A stretch of DNA of 64,000 nucleotides from Mantamonas sphyraenae STR306. Its lineage: Eukaryota; Protista; CRuMs. The notes under the pieces are model-generated. The model worked only from the letters and a program-made list of their open reading frames with translations, was not told the DNA's origin and ran no database searches. Position numbers and translations under genes: made by a program. The stretch is from NCBI GenBank assembly GCA_026936335.1, contig JAPMXV010000024.1, positions 1-64,000 on the forward strand, written 5' to 3'. Below, in pieces: positions 45,343 to 55,192 of this stretch. The first letter of the stretch is position 1, and every line of letters begins with the position of its first letter.

Positions 45343-47025
45343 ATGGATCCCATTCACCATTCAATCAGAACAGTGGGCATGCGGATGGGGGGGGAAAAGG
45401 AGGAATCAAGGGAGAAATTTCAGACAGCCAACATCCACTCTCAACACAAGTGACTCCCCCAATGCACCTCTACACTTGTGATTGAGGTGGACACTTTGGG
45501 ATGTGTGGAACGCGGCATGACTCAGCTGGGTTCGGGTGGCTGCGACGCGCCTCCCAACAATTTTTCCCTTTCCCCACTGCTGATGAGCCGATCAAACGCA
45601 CAGGTGGCGGTGGCACAGGTGCTTGGGGGATCGCCACTGTACTCGTCGTACCTTGCGTCGACGGCCACCAACGCAGACTTTGGCAAACTGAGCCAGGCGT
45701 TGCTGGCCGTGACCAACGCCACGGGCTCCACACTCGTCTCCATACGCGAAATCATCAAACACGACTTTCTCATGTGCAGCGACAAACCTTCGACAATCCT
45801 GCGCAACGAAAGCTTTGCCGTCGTCGTCATCCGCGAGTATTTGCGTATGTTTTTTCGGTGCCCGTGTCGGTGTCTCCCTCTCTCTTCTCTCGGCCGCTCC
45901 TGCGCAGTTGTCGTCGGCCCGCCACCACGCCCTCTGTGTCACTCACCCGTCCCTCTCACACCCATCCTACAGAACAAGTGGGCCTCGGCTACCTCAAGAG
46001 CGTGCTTGGTGACGTTGTCGCGCGTGCTGTGAGCAGCGACGTGTCACTGGAAATCAACCCAACGTGCGTCATTTTGTGTTTCCTCCCCCTCGACCCACCT
46101 TGGCTCTCTTCCACCACGTGTGGACAGCACAAAGCACACCATTCCCTGCGCCACTCATCCCAGATCACACTTCACCCCACTCACCATGCCATTACGTCAC
46201 CCCCCCCTCCCCGTACACACCCACAGGCGCCTGGACGGCGAAGAGGATGGGACGCTGGAGGCAAACGCAGCCAAGCTGCGGGAGGTGGCGGAGGAATTGC
46301 TGGCTCGGATCACAGACAGCGAGTCTGTGGCCCAAATGCCGCGGGAAATTCGCGCCATTGCACACATGATCAAGGAGCTGGCGATGGAACACACGGGGGA
46401 GGAGTACATGCGCCCTCTGCTGGGTGGGTTCATCATGTTGCGCTTCTTCAACCCTGCCATTACGTCGCCACACATCTATGGATTGGTGCGCACGCGTGGG
46501 GGCATGCTTCCGCGTCAGGCGCAGCGAAACATGGTGTTGGTGAGCAAGATCCTGCAGAACATCAGCAACGACATCCCGTTTGGGTCCAAGGAGGAGTATA
46601 TGACGAGTATGAATGACATGGTCATGGACGCCCAGGATTCGATGAAGGAATACCTGAACACTGTGCCTTTGGATCCACGTGTGGAGGCCGGTGAGCTGGA
46701 AAGCCCCTTTGCCGATTTGCTCGATGTCGATGGCTCCTTTGACGTCCAAGTGGCCTCCAATGTGCCCAAGGACTCCCTGGATTACCTCCACGCCTACTTT
46801 GTGCGCCAGGCCAGCAAGGTGCAGGAGGTGATCACCAGCAAAGGGGAAAAGACAGGCGACACAGATGCCACCGTGGCGGAGCTCGAACGCTTCAACGCCT
46901 TTGTACGCGACTTGGGCGACGTGCCCGAGAGTCAACAGGCAGCCGCAGCAAAGAACGGTGCCAAGCAAGCCAGTGGAGACAGCAGCAACAGCAGCAACAG
47001 CGGGGGTAACGGTGGCTCGGTGGAC

Positions 47026-47059
<34 letters not shown>

Positions 47060-48759
47060 GTGGTGCCATGGCAGCAAGCAACAGCAGCAGTAGCAGCAGT
47101 AGCAGCAGTGGTAGCAGCAGTGGTAGCAGCAGCAACAGCAGTAGCAGCAGCAGCAGCAGCAACCGAACGGCAGGAAATGCGTCTGGTGATGCAGCTGGGC
47201 GTCTGATGGGGTCTGAGAAGGGCAAGGGGACGAGCTCGTGGCGTTTGAAGAAGCCATTTGGGAACCGAGGGCGAAGCAGCAGCAGCAGCAGGGGAGCAGG
47301 GGTGGGTGATGACGAAGAGGATGAGGTGGAGGATGACAAGCCGCTGTTCAAGAACGAAGAGGCAGAGGCAGAGTACAAAGCCATCCTGGAGGCGGCAGAA
47401 ACGAGCGACCTGAGCGCCATCGAACGGATGGGATTCCTGCAACTGCGTGAGCTGGGTGGGAAGCCTGTGTTTGTGGTGGTTGGGTGCAAGTTGGAGGCGA
47501 GCACGGCCAACATGGACCATGTGTTGCAGTATCTGGTGCGTACGATGGACCCTGTGGTGCATGCGGGCGACTATTCCATGGTGCTGTGCCAGACAGAGAT
47601 GAGCAGTGCCAATCGGCCGGATATCTCGTTCATGACGTCGACGTACAGCGTGCTGAGCAGGGCGTACAAGAAGAACCTGAAGGCCTTGTATATTGTGCAC
47701 CCGGGGTTCATGACCAAGGTGATCATCAGTGCGTTCAAGCCCTTTGTCTCGCAAAAGTTCTGGAAGAAGCTGAACCGCGTGGAGAGCATCAGCGATCTCG
47801 GGAACGAACACGACGTCGACGTCGGCCGTCTGCTCTTGCCTCTGTCTGTGCTTCGCTACGACCTGGAAGCCAACGGGATTGGCGACCCATTGCCGCTGAG
47901 CAAGCCGCTGTTTGGCCAGTCGGTGTCGAGCATCATGGACAACGCACGCGGAGGCTGCGCAGTGCCGAAAATCCTGGACGATATGTTTGCGCGCGTGGAG
48001 GAGGATGGCGTCACCACCGAAGGAATCTTCCGTCTGGCAGGATCCAAAGATGAGATCAACCGCATGATTGCCTTTGTGGACAACGGATGGTACAAGAACG
48101 ACTTTCGCGACGTGCCCGACGTCAACGTGGTGGCCGGGATGATCAAAATCCTGCTGCGTACCATGCCCGAGCCTTTGCTTACGTACGAGTTGTATCCCGA
48201 GTGGTTGGCATGCTACAGCGAGAGCAGCGAACACGCACCGGGCAAGATCCGAGGTCTGGTCGCACGTCTGCCAGAGTGCAATCGCATGCTGTTGGAACGC
48301 CTGTTGCGCATGTGCAGCAAGGTGATTGCCAACAGCGAGGAGAACAAGATGAAGGGATCCAACATGGCCATTGTCATCGGTCCCAACCTGCTGCGTTCCC
48401 CAACCAGCGGGGACGGATCACCCGAGGACATGGTCCGTGGCATGAGCGACATCCCCACCATCAATGCCATTGTCACCGTGCTGATGGACCACTGGGAGGA
48501 CATGGTGGTGGGTGTGGGGGCAGCAGCAAAGGAGGGCAAAGATGCAACGAGTGCGAGTGCAAAGGGTGAAGACGATGATGAGCAAGAGCATGAAGAAGAC
48601 GCACAGCAGCCGCAGGTGGACATTGTCATCACCAGCACTGCAGAGGAGGCTGACGAAGTGCAGGGAGAAGCGGGACATGAGGGCAAAGTGCAGGAGGGAA
48701 GCAACGACGACGACGACAACAACAACAACAGCAGCAGCGAGGACACAGGTGACCAATGA
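45343..48759 (+). CDS. RasGAP + BCH(CRAL-TRIO/Sec14-like) + RhoGAP multidomain protein, about 4 exons (first exon tentative)
   Basis: RasGAP: ILRNES, GGFIMLRFFNPAITSP, VSKILQNISN. BCH: YKKNLKALYIVHP...KPFVSQKFWKK. RhoGAP: EGIFRLAGS, PEPLLTY, NKMKGSNMAIVIGPNLL. Confidence 0.88.
47027..47160 (+). repeat. Coding CAG/AGC trinucleotide tracts (polyQ, polyS)
   Basis: (CAG)n and (AGC/AGT)n runs between the RasGAP and BCH domains. Confidence 0.9.
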
Positions 48760-48770
48760 ATGGTTTGGCT

Positions 48771-49325
48771 TCATTCCACCCCTTTGTTCTCTTCCTGTAG
48801 CCATGTTTTCATCATGCCATGCACATACTCAGTGCCTTGGTTCGGGTCAGCTCCGAGTTCCACAAGGGTGAGGGCCTCGGAACGATGCATCATGAACGCC
48901 GCGTTGTTTAGCGACGTCATGCCACCACGTCCAACCGCATGCACATCGGCACCCCCCTCAGTGACCAACACTTTGATGACCTCCGACGTCTCTCCGCCCG
49001 AGAAGGCCACAACGTTTTGCAGAACCTCGGTGGAACCTTGAGCGCCTGCATCAAGGAGAAGGCGAACCACTTTGATCTCCCCACACCTTGCAGCGGCACC
49101 AAGGGGTGTTTCCCACGAACCCAAGGAAGCATACTTTGGTTCGAGGCGTGCCCCAGCGTCCACGAGGGCACGCACAGCCTCGACATTGCCGAACTGGGCG
49201 GCCAGATTCAACGCTGTCTCTCCGTTGGGTGTGGTGGTTTCGATGTCCACCTCTTCCTTCAGCAGCTGCAACAATTCCTCCACGTCGCCATCACCACAGG
49301 CTTCCAGGAAGGCTGCCGAAGTCAT
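48771..49325 (-). CDS. Small ankyrin-repeat protein
   Basis: GETALNLAAQFGNVEAVRALVDAGA, ETPLGAAARCGEIKVVRLLLDAGA. Confidence 0.85.
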   Translation of the reverse strand: MTSAAFLEACGDGDVEELLQLLKEEVDIETTTPNGETALNLAAQFGNVEAVRALVDAGARLEPKYASLGSWETPLGAAARCGEIKVVRLLLDAGAQGSTEVLQNVVAFSGGETSEVIKVLVTEGGADVHAVGRGGMTSLNNAAFMMHRSEALTLVELGADPNQGTEYVHGMMKTWLQEENKGVE

Positions 49326-49464
49326 GTGGAGCGAGGGAGAGGGGTTTGAATTTTGTTTTGGTTTGCGTCGCGCAGGTCCACCTCCACATCCATCATCACC
49401 CCGCAGATTGGAAAACGGGATGAGATGGACGTACAGCCACACCCCATCCACACAGTCCCCAAAT

Positions 49465-51249
49465 CTACTCGTTCTGTGCGGCGTCGAGAGCAGAAGCCAG
49501 AATCTCCATGGCAGAGATCACACGCTCGTCCTGGTTGGGCAGGCCGACAATCTGGAGGCCAATGGGCAAGCCGGTGGTGCCAACAAGAGTCTTTTCGGCA
49601 GCGATGTCAAACAGGTCACGCTTCTCGTGGGGCCTCTTGAGGAGTTTGGGGCTGTCGGAATCCTTGACGGTGGTGACAGGGACAACACCGGCGGGCAGGT
49701 TGGCCAGGTTGACGAGAATGGCACTGGAAATGGTGGAAATGACGTTGCTTGCGGCGCCGTGGGGAATGGCAGGCAGCGGGTTGACAGGACACAGGAGCAC
49801 ATCCAACTTTTCCATGCGCATCTTTTGCACCATCTTGTCTGCCCACTGGTCACGTCGCTGCTGCCACAGCAGGAACTGGGCCACTGTCTTGTCGCCTGTG
49901 GACGAGAGGAAGGTGGCCATTCGGGAGTAGCCAAACAGACGAAGGATTGCCACCAGCAGCGAACGCACAAACTGTGGCAGCGCTGCAGCCACACGCAGAC
50001 TGGTGTACTGTGGGATGGGTTCCTCCCCACGGATGTTGCCCAAGATCAGCTCCTTGGCCGATGACATGATGTTGAAGTACGTTTGAAACATCTCCACCAT
50101 GTCGGGCGGCTGGAATTCCACCAGCTCATGACCCTGTGCCTCCAGGGCCGCCTTTGCTTCGTCCACTGCACGTTGCACAGCTGCACTGGGTGCAAACCAT
50201 CCATCGTGAGCATAGTATCCCACACGGAGGGTGTTTTCCAACTCCTCCTCCTCCTCCTCCTGCCATGTGTCAAACAGCACCTTGCTCATAACTCGAATCA
50301 TGTCCACATTGGCACTCATGGGCCCAGGCGTCGACTTGATCGCCGAAAAGCCTGGAATCGACCCGGGGCAGCCCGTTTTGTCAATGCGTCCCGCCGTTGG
50401 CTTCAGGCCGTAGATGCCACAAAAGTGGGCTGGAGTGCGAATGGATCCACCAATGTCCGTACCAACACCCACTGGCGATGCACCGGCAGCAATCATTGCC
50501 CCCTCGCCACCGGAGGAGCCTCCAGCGGTGCGGGACATCTTCAATGGATTCTTCACCGTGCCGTACACGGGGTTGACACTCTCGATGGTGAGTGTGCCCT
50601 GGCAAAGGTTGGTGGTGCACCAAATGACGGCGCCAGCCTCCTCCAGACGATCCACAAGGCGTGCATTGGCGGTGTTGGGTTGCATGCTCTTCTTGGCAAA
50701 CCCCACGGTGCTGTCCATGTCCTCCACATGGATGCACTCCTTGATGGACACCGGCATGCCATGGAGAGGACCCACAATGGGACCCTCATCCAGCTCCCGT
50801 GCGGTGGCCAGCGCCTTGTCGAGGGCAATCTCTGCAAGGAAACCCAGCGAGGCATTCAGCGCAAGTGCACGGTCCGCATACGCCATCAGAGCCTCCACCG
50901 CAGTGACCGATCGTTCTTGCAGGGCCACGTGCAGCTCCTGGGCATCCATTGCCAGGACCTCCTGCTTGCGCTGGCGAGAGACGCCGTGCTCTTTGACGTT
51001 GTCAACAAGCACGCTGGCAGCCTTGCGTTGCTTGGCCACCATGCGATGCTTGGCCTGCAGGCGACGGCGCAGCTTCCAACGCAGGAACAGGCCAGTAACC
51101 GTGTCGACCACAAGGCGGATGGTGTTGTAGGCCAGCGGCAGGAGGGCGGCGTACGCAACGAGGATCAGGTACGCCCACAGGATCAACAGATGCCCTGTGG
51201 TGGGCACCCATGCCTTGAGAAGGGCTTCAACGGCAGCAATGGGGTTCAT
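49465..51249 (-). CDS. FAAH: Fatty acid amide hydrolase-like amidase
   Basis: N-terminal TM helix, PLHGMPVSIKE (Lys), GGSSGGEGA, GTDIGGSIR amidase signature. Confidence 0.9.
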   Translation of the reverse strand: MNPIAAVEALLKAWVPTTGHLLILWAYLILVAYAALLPLAYNTIRLVVDTVTGLFLRWKLRRRLQAKHRMVAKQRKAASVLVDNVKEHGVSRQRKQEVLAMDAQELHVALQERSVTAVEALMAYADRALALNASLGFLAEIALDKALATARELDEGPIVGPLHGMPVSIKECIHVEDMDSTVGFAKKSMQPNTANARLVDRLEEAGAVIWCTTNLCQGTLTIESVNPVYGTVKNPLKMSRTAGGSSGGEGAMIAAGASPVGVGTDIGGSIRTPAHFCGIYGLKPTAGRIDKTGCPGSIPGFSAIKSTPGPMSANVDMIRVMSKVLFDTWQEEEEEELENTLRVGYYAHDGWFAPSAAVQRAVDEAKAALEAQGHELVEFQPPDMVEMFQTYFNIMSSAKELILGNIRGEEPIPQYTSLRVAAALPQFVRSLLVAILRLFGYSRMATFLSSTGDKTVAQFLLWQQRRDQWADKMVQKMRMEKLDVLLCPVNPLPAIPHGAASNVISTISSAILVNLANLPAGVVPVTTVKDSDSPKLLKRPHEKRDLFDIAAEKTLVGTTGLPIGLQIVGLPNQDERVISAMEILASALDAAQNE

Positions 51250-51330
51250 GGGAGGGTTGGGTGCTGGATTGCGTTGGGTGAGCGAAGGCCGGCGAAATTT
51301 GGAGCAAACGAACGAAAGGCGCAGACGACC

Positions 51331-52452
51331 ATGTTTTCCCCTCGCGTCCTCCCCAAGCGGGTGTTGATCAATGAGGTGGGCCCCAGGGATGGGCTGCAGA
51401 ATGTGAAGCAGATTGTGGCGACGGAGGACAAGTTGGCGTTCATGCAGAAGCTGGTGGAGGCCGGGGTGGAGGTTTTGGAGGTGACCAGCTTCGTTTCACC
51501 AAAGTGGGTGCCCCAGATGGCAGACCACAAGGAAATCATGGCGGAGCTGACCAGTGGGCAGGCAAAGTGGACAAAGACGGGCACGCAGTACGGGGTGGTG
51601 ACAGCCAACATGCAGGGGATGGCAGCGGCTCTGGAAGCCGGAGCCACGTACACAGGCATCCCGTTTGCCGCCTCCGAGACGTTTTCCCGCAAGAACATCA
51701 ACTGCAGCATCGACGAGTCGTTCCAACGTGCACAGGAAATGATCTCGTTGGCATTGGAGAGTGGTTCGCGGGTGCGAGCGTACGTGGAAGGCGCGGGTGG
51801 AACGGGGATTGACGACACAACACCAGGAAACTGACACGCTCGCAACGCACATACACACACGCACACACATACTATCAAAACACCACTGCTACCATTTGCA
51901 CCGTTGGACAGTGGGGTGTCATGCGCGCTGGGGTGTCCGTTCGAAGGACACGTAGCAGCCGACCGTGTGGCAGACGTTGCAGCACGTGCGATCGACGCAG
52001 GCTGCTACGAAGTGACCATTGCAGACACAATTGGGTATGGGACGCCACACGAGGTGCACCGTGTGTTGAGCAAGGTGTTGGAACGGGTGCCGGTGAACAA
52101 GGTAGCGGTACACTTCCACAACACCTACGGCATGGCACTGGCCAACATTGTGGCTTCGTTGGAACATGGCATTGCCATCATTGACTCGTCTGTGGCCGGG
52201 CTTGGCGGCTGTCCCTTTGCTCCTGGTGCCAGTGGCAATGTTCCCACCGAAGAGGTGGTCTGGCTCCTTGATGGCCTTGGCATTCGACACAATCTGCACC
52301 TGGGCAAGCTTCTGGAAGCCTCTGCCTTCATCTCTTCTCTTCTGGACCAGCCTCCCAGCAGCAGTGTCGCACGCGCGCTCGGCGGCGGTAGAGCTGCAAA
52401 GAACCCGCTCTTTGTCACTCGGTATGGCGACGGCACAGAGGAAACCATGTGA
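51331..52452 (+). CDS. HMGCL: Hydroxymethylglutaryl-CoA lyase, 2 exons (intron ~51780-51911)
   Basis: EVGPRDGLQN, TSFVSPKWVPQMAD, VSCALGCPF, HFHNTYG, GLGGCPFAPGASGNV. Confidence 0.95.
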
Positions 52453-52566
52453 TTGGAGATGAGGGACGCCATCTTGGGGACAAAGGGAGAATGGGATGGA
52501 GTGGAGGGTGTGGGGAAGCCAACGTGGCGAGGTGGAAGGGGACGATCGCCGCAGCAAGCTTTTGCC

Positions 52567-55101
52567 ATGACTCCCAACGCACCTGTGCCTCAACCGCAAC
52601 AGGAGTCGAAGCGCAAAAAAGGAAGTCGCTCCGTGCCATTCACCATTGTTGTTGTGCTGTCGATTTTTTTGGGACGATTTGTCAGTCCGTACGCTGAGCC
52701 TGGCCCACGCATGACGGCGGGGAAATTGCCACAAACGTTTGTCGCTTTGCAGGACACTGAGCTCCCGTACATTCCATACGTGGAGCTTCGCGACGCACAC
52801 CCGTCGGTGGCTGTGCGAGTGACTGTGCAAAAAGAAACCCAGCAGTTATGCAGCGTGGTGTTGTCCCAAAGGTCGACAGCTGCCCCGTGCTGCCGAGAGG
52901 GTTCCCGGGTCTCGGACTACGGGAATCCGGTTGGCCCACTGACGGTCACTGTGGCGGCAGAGGGAAGTGTGGATGCTTCTGTGCGCAACACTGGTGTGCG
53001 TGTGTGGGTGTGGGACACGCTGCGTTTCATTTCGATCCCTGTGAGCAACGGATGGCCCAGATTCTGCACGTCGAGCAACTGCTCGTTGCTCTACGAGTAC
53101 ACACAGAAGAAGTACAGCGACAACCAAGAGCCATCAAGAGCATCGCCGTCGGTGTTTGTTGACCAGGTGGATGGGACGAGCAACGGGACATGTGGAGCGC
53201 AGATCAACTCGAAGGGGGGTGCAGCTCTGCCATTTGGCACCAACTGGTTGCAGGCCGGCTACTCACCTGGAGCACGGGATTCGCGTGTGTCCGGTGCATG
53301 GATTGCCTGGTTGGCTGTCGTTGCTGTGATTGTGTTGGTTGTTGTCTTTAGCATGTCCTCCACCGATTCTGCCAACATGCAGCTGATGCGACAGTCAATG
53401 CCCATCCTCTCTTCGCTCTCCTCGTTCCTCATTCTGATCTGGTTTTGGCCTCTCAACACGGACGAGCTCAGTGACCGCTCCTTCTGGATCCAAATTGCCC
53501 TTGCGGCGGCCGCATTTGTCTTTGTCGGCGGCTTTGTGGCCATGAGTGCAGGTGGCCTTCTGGTGGGTGCCAAGCCCGTGCGTCGGTTCGGTGTCCTCCT
53601 CCTCATCATCGGATTGGTGGGCAACGTGGCCGTCGTCCGCGTGTTGATGGATTTCTGGTTTCATGAAATGGCACCGCTCTATCGCATGCGAATGTGGCTC
53701 AATTTTGTCTGGTTGGTTGTCACTGCACCTGTGTTCAACGTCGCCACGCTGGTGGTGGCGTTGCGTGGCAGTCGTGTCGAGCCGATGGAGGATCAGCTGC
53801 AACGCCTGGCGTACGCGCCGTATCATTGGTGCATCCCGGCTTCCGATGTGCTTCAATGGACCATGCTGGCTGGATGGATCAACACACCCTCGTCGCGTGT
53901 GTTTCCTGTGGCCATTCTCGTGGTGGCGGTGCTGAAGGCGATGTTTCTGGTGTCGAGCCGATTTGGCGAGACGCTGCAATGCCGCCGCACCATCCTCCGG
54001 TTGTTGGGACAGCACAAAGTGACAGAAGTGAGCGGAGCCACACGCACGGCAGCGGTGGTGCTGTGTGCGCTCATCCCCATCATGACGGTGGGTGACCTGT
54101 GGTGGCTGTTGAGGTCATCCGAGTGGGGAATCATTCCCGAGGGACAGCAGATGCACCTGCACGAGGGAGCCACTGTGCCTGAAGATCGCACCTACCAACT
54201 CATGGACATGCAAGACACGGATGGCATCGTTGCCGCTCCGTCCACCCAGCGAGAGCGGGAGCAGCAGCAGTTGCAAGGTCAACCCATGCAGGGAGGACCC
54301 ATGCAGATGCAACAACCGATGCAGGGAGGATCCATGCAGATGCAACAACCCATGCAGGGAGGACCCATGCAGATGCAACAACCCATGCAAGGTCAACCCA
54401 TGCAGGGAGGACCCATGCAGATGCAACAACCCATGCAGGGAGGACCCATGCAGATGCAACAACCCATGCAGGGAGGACCCATGCAGATGCAACAACCCAT
54501 GCAGGGAGGACCCATGCAGATGCAACAACCCATGCAGGGAGGACCGCAGCCGTACGTGCCCATGACTGCCCAGCAGGTACAACTGACGCCCGAAGAACGA
54601 CGTTACCGAGCAGATGTGACCACAGTTCACAATCTGGTGCACATGTTCCACGGTGCCAAGTTTGCTCTGCTGTTGTGGACAGTGATCAGCTGGCGAGCTG
54701 GCGATCGCATGTCTGCCATCCTCCTGGCCGTCATCTACATCACTGTGGCCATTGCAAGCACTCCTTATGCACGTGTAACTGGCAAGTGGATGGCCACACC
54801 GGAGATGAACGATCCGTTCGTGCCGGGTGGGGCAATGCGTGCCAAGTGGATCGCGTACGCTCTGGTGGCAGACACGCCCCTCTACATCATTCGCACAGTG
54901 CTCCTGGTCTGCATCTACGTGCCATTGGCCATGCTTGTGTTTCTCATTTTGCTGCTACTGTCCATGGGTGGCGGCGGCGGAGGCTCCAGGATGAAGACAC
55001 CGCGTGCCGAGTTCTTTCCCCATCTGTCCCTCACCGCGGGCAAAATGGAAGAAATCATCGACGTGCGTGCGGCAAGACACTCTGTGGTGGCATCCGCATG
55101 A
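52567..55101 (+). CDS. Uncharacterised polytopic membrane protein with an internal PMQGGPMQMQQ repeat
   Basis: Long ORF with roughly 10-12 hydrophobic segments; start taken at the first plausible ATG. Confidence 0.75.
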   Translation: MTPNAPVPQPQQESKRKKGSRSVPFTIVVVLSIFLGRFVSPYAEPGPRMTAGKLPQTFVALQDTELPYIPYVELRDAHPSVAVRVTVQKETQQLCSVVLSQRSTAAPCCREGSRVSDYGNPVGPLTVTVAAEGSVDASVRNTGVRVWVWDTLRFISIPVSNGWPRFCTSSNCSLLYEYTQKKYSDNQEPSRASPSVFVDQVDGTSNGTCGAQINSKGGAALPFGTNWLQAGYSPGARDSRVSGAWIAWLAVVAVIVLVVVFSMSSTDSANMQLMRQSMPILSSLSSFLILIWFWPLNTDELSDRSFWIQIALAAAAFVFVGGFVAMSAGGLLVGAKPVRRFGVLLLIIGLVGNVAVVRVLMDFWFHEMAPLYRMRMWLNFVWLVVTAPVFNVATLVVALRGSRVEPMEDQLQRLAYAPYHWCIPASDVLQWTMLAGWINTPSSRVFPVAILVVAVLKAMFLVSSRFGETLQCRRTILRLLGQHKVTEVSGATRTAAVVLCALIPIMTVGDLWWLLRSSEWGIIPEGQQMHLHEGATVPEDRTYQLMDMQDTDGIVAAPSTQREREQQQLQGQPMQGGPMQMQQPMQGGSMQMQQPMQGGPMQMQQPMQGQPMQGGPMQMQQPMQGGPMQMQQPMQGGPMQMQQPMQGGPMQMQQPMQGGPQPYVPMTAQQVQLTPEERRYRADVTTVHNLVHMFHGAKFALLLWTVISWRAGDRMSAILLAVIYITVAIASTPYARVTGKWMATPEMNDPFVPGGAMRAKWIAYALVADTPLYIIRTVLLVCIYVPLAMLVFLILLLLSMGGGGGGSRMKTPRAEFFPHLSLTAGKMEEIIDVRAARHSVVASA
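54283..54546 (+). repeat. Coding minisatellite, 33-bp unit CCCATGCAGGGAGGACCCATGCAGATGCAACAA (~7-8 copies)
   Basis: Direct inspection; encodes PMQGGPMQMQQ. Confidence 0.95.
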
Positions 55102-55192
55102 GCAAACATGCATGCATGCATGTGTGTGTGAGGACGACTGTGCATCCAAAACAAAGACCACATTGTGCATCATTTTTTTGCAGTACAGTAGA

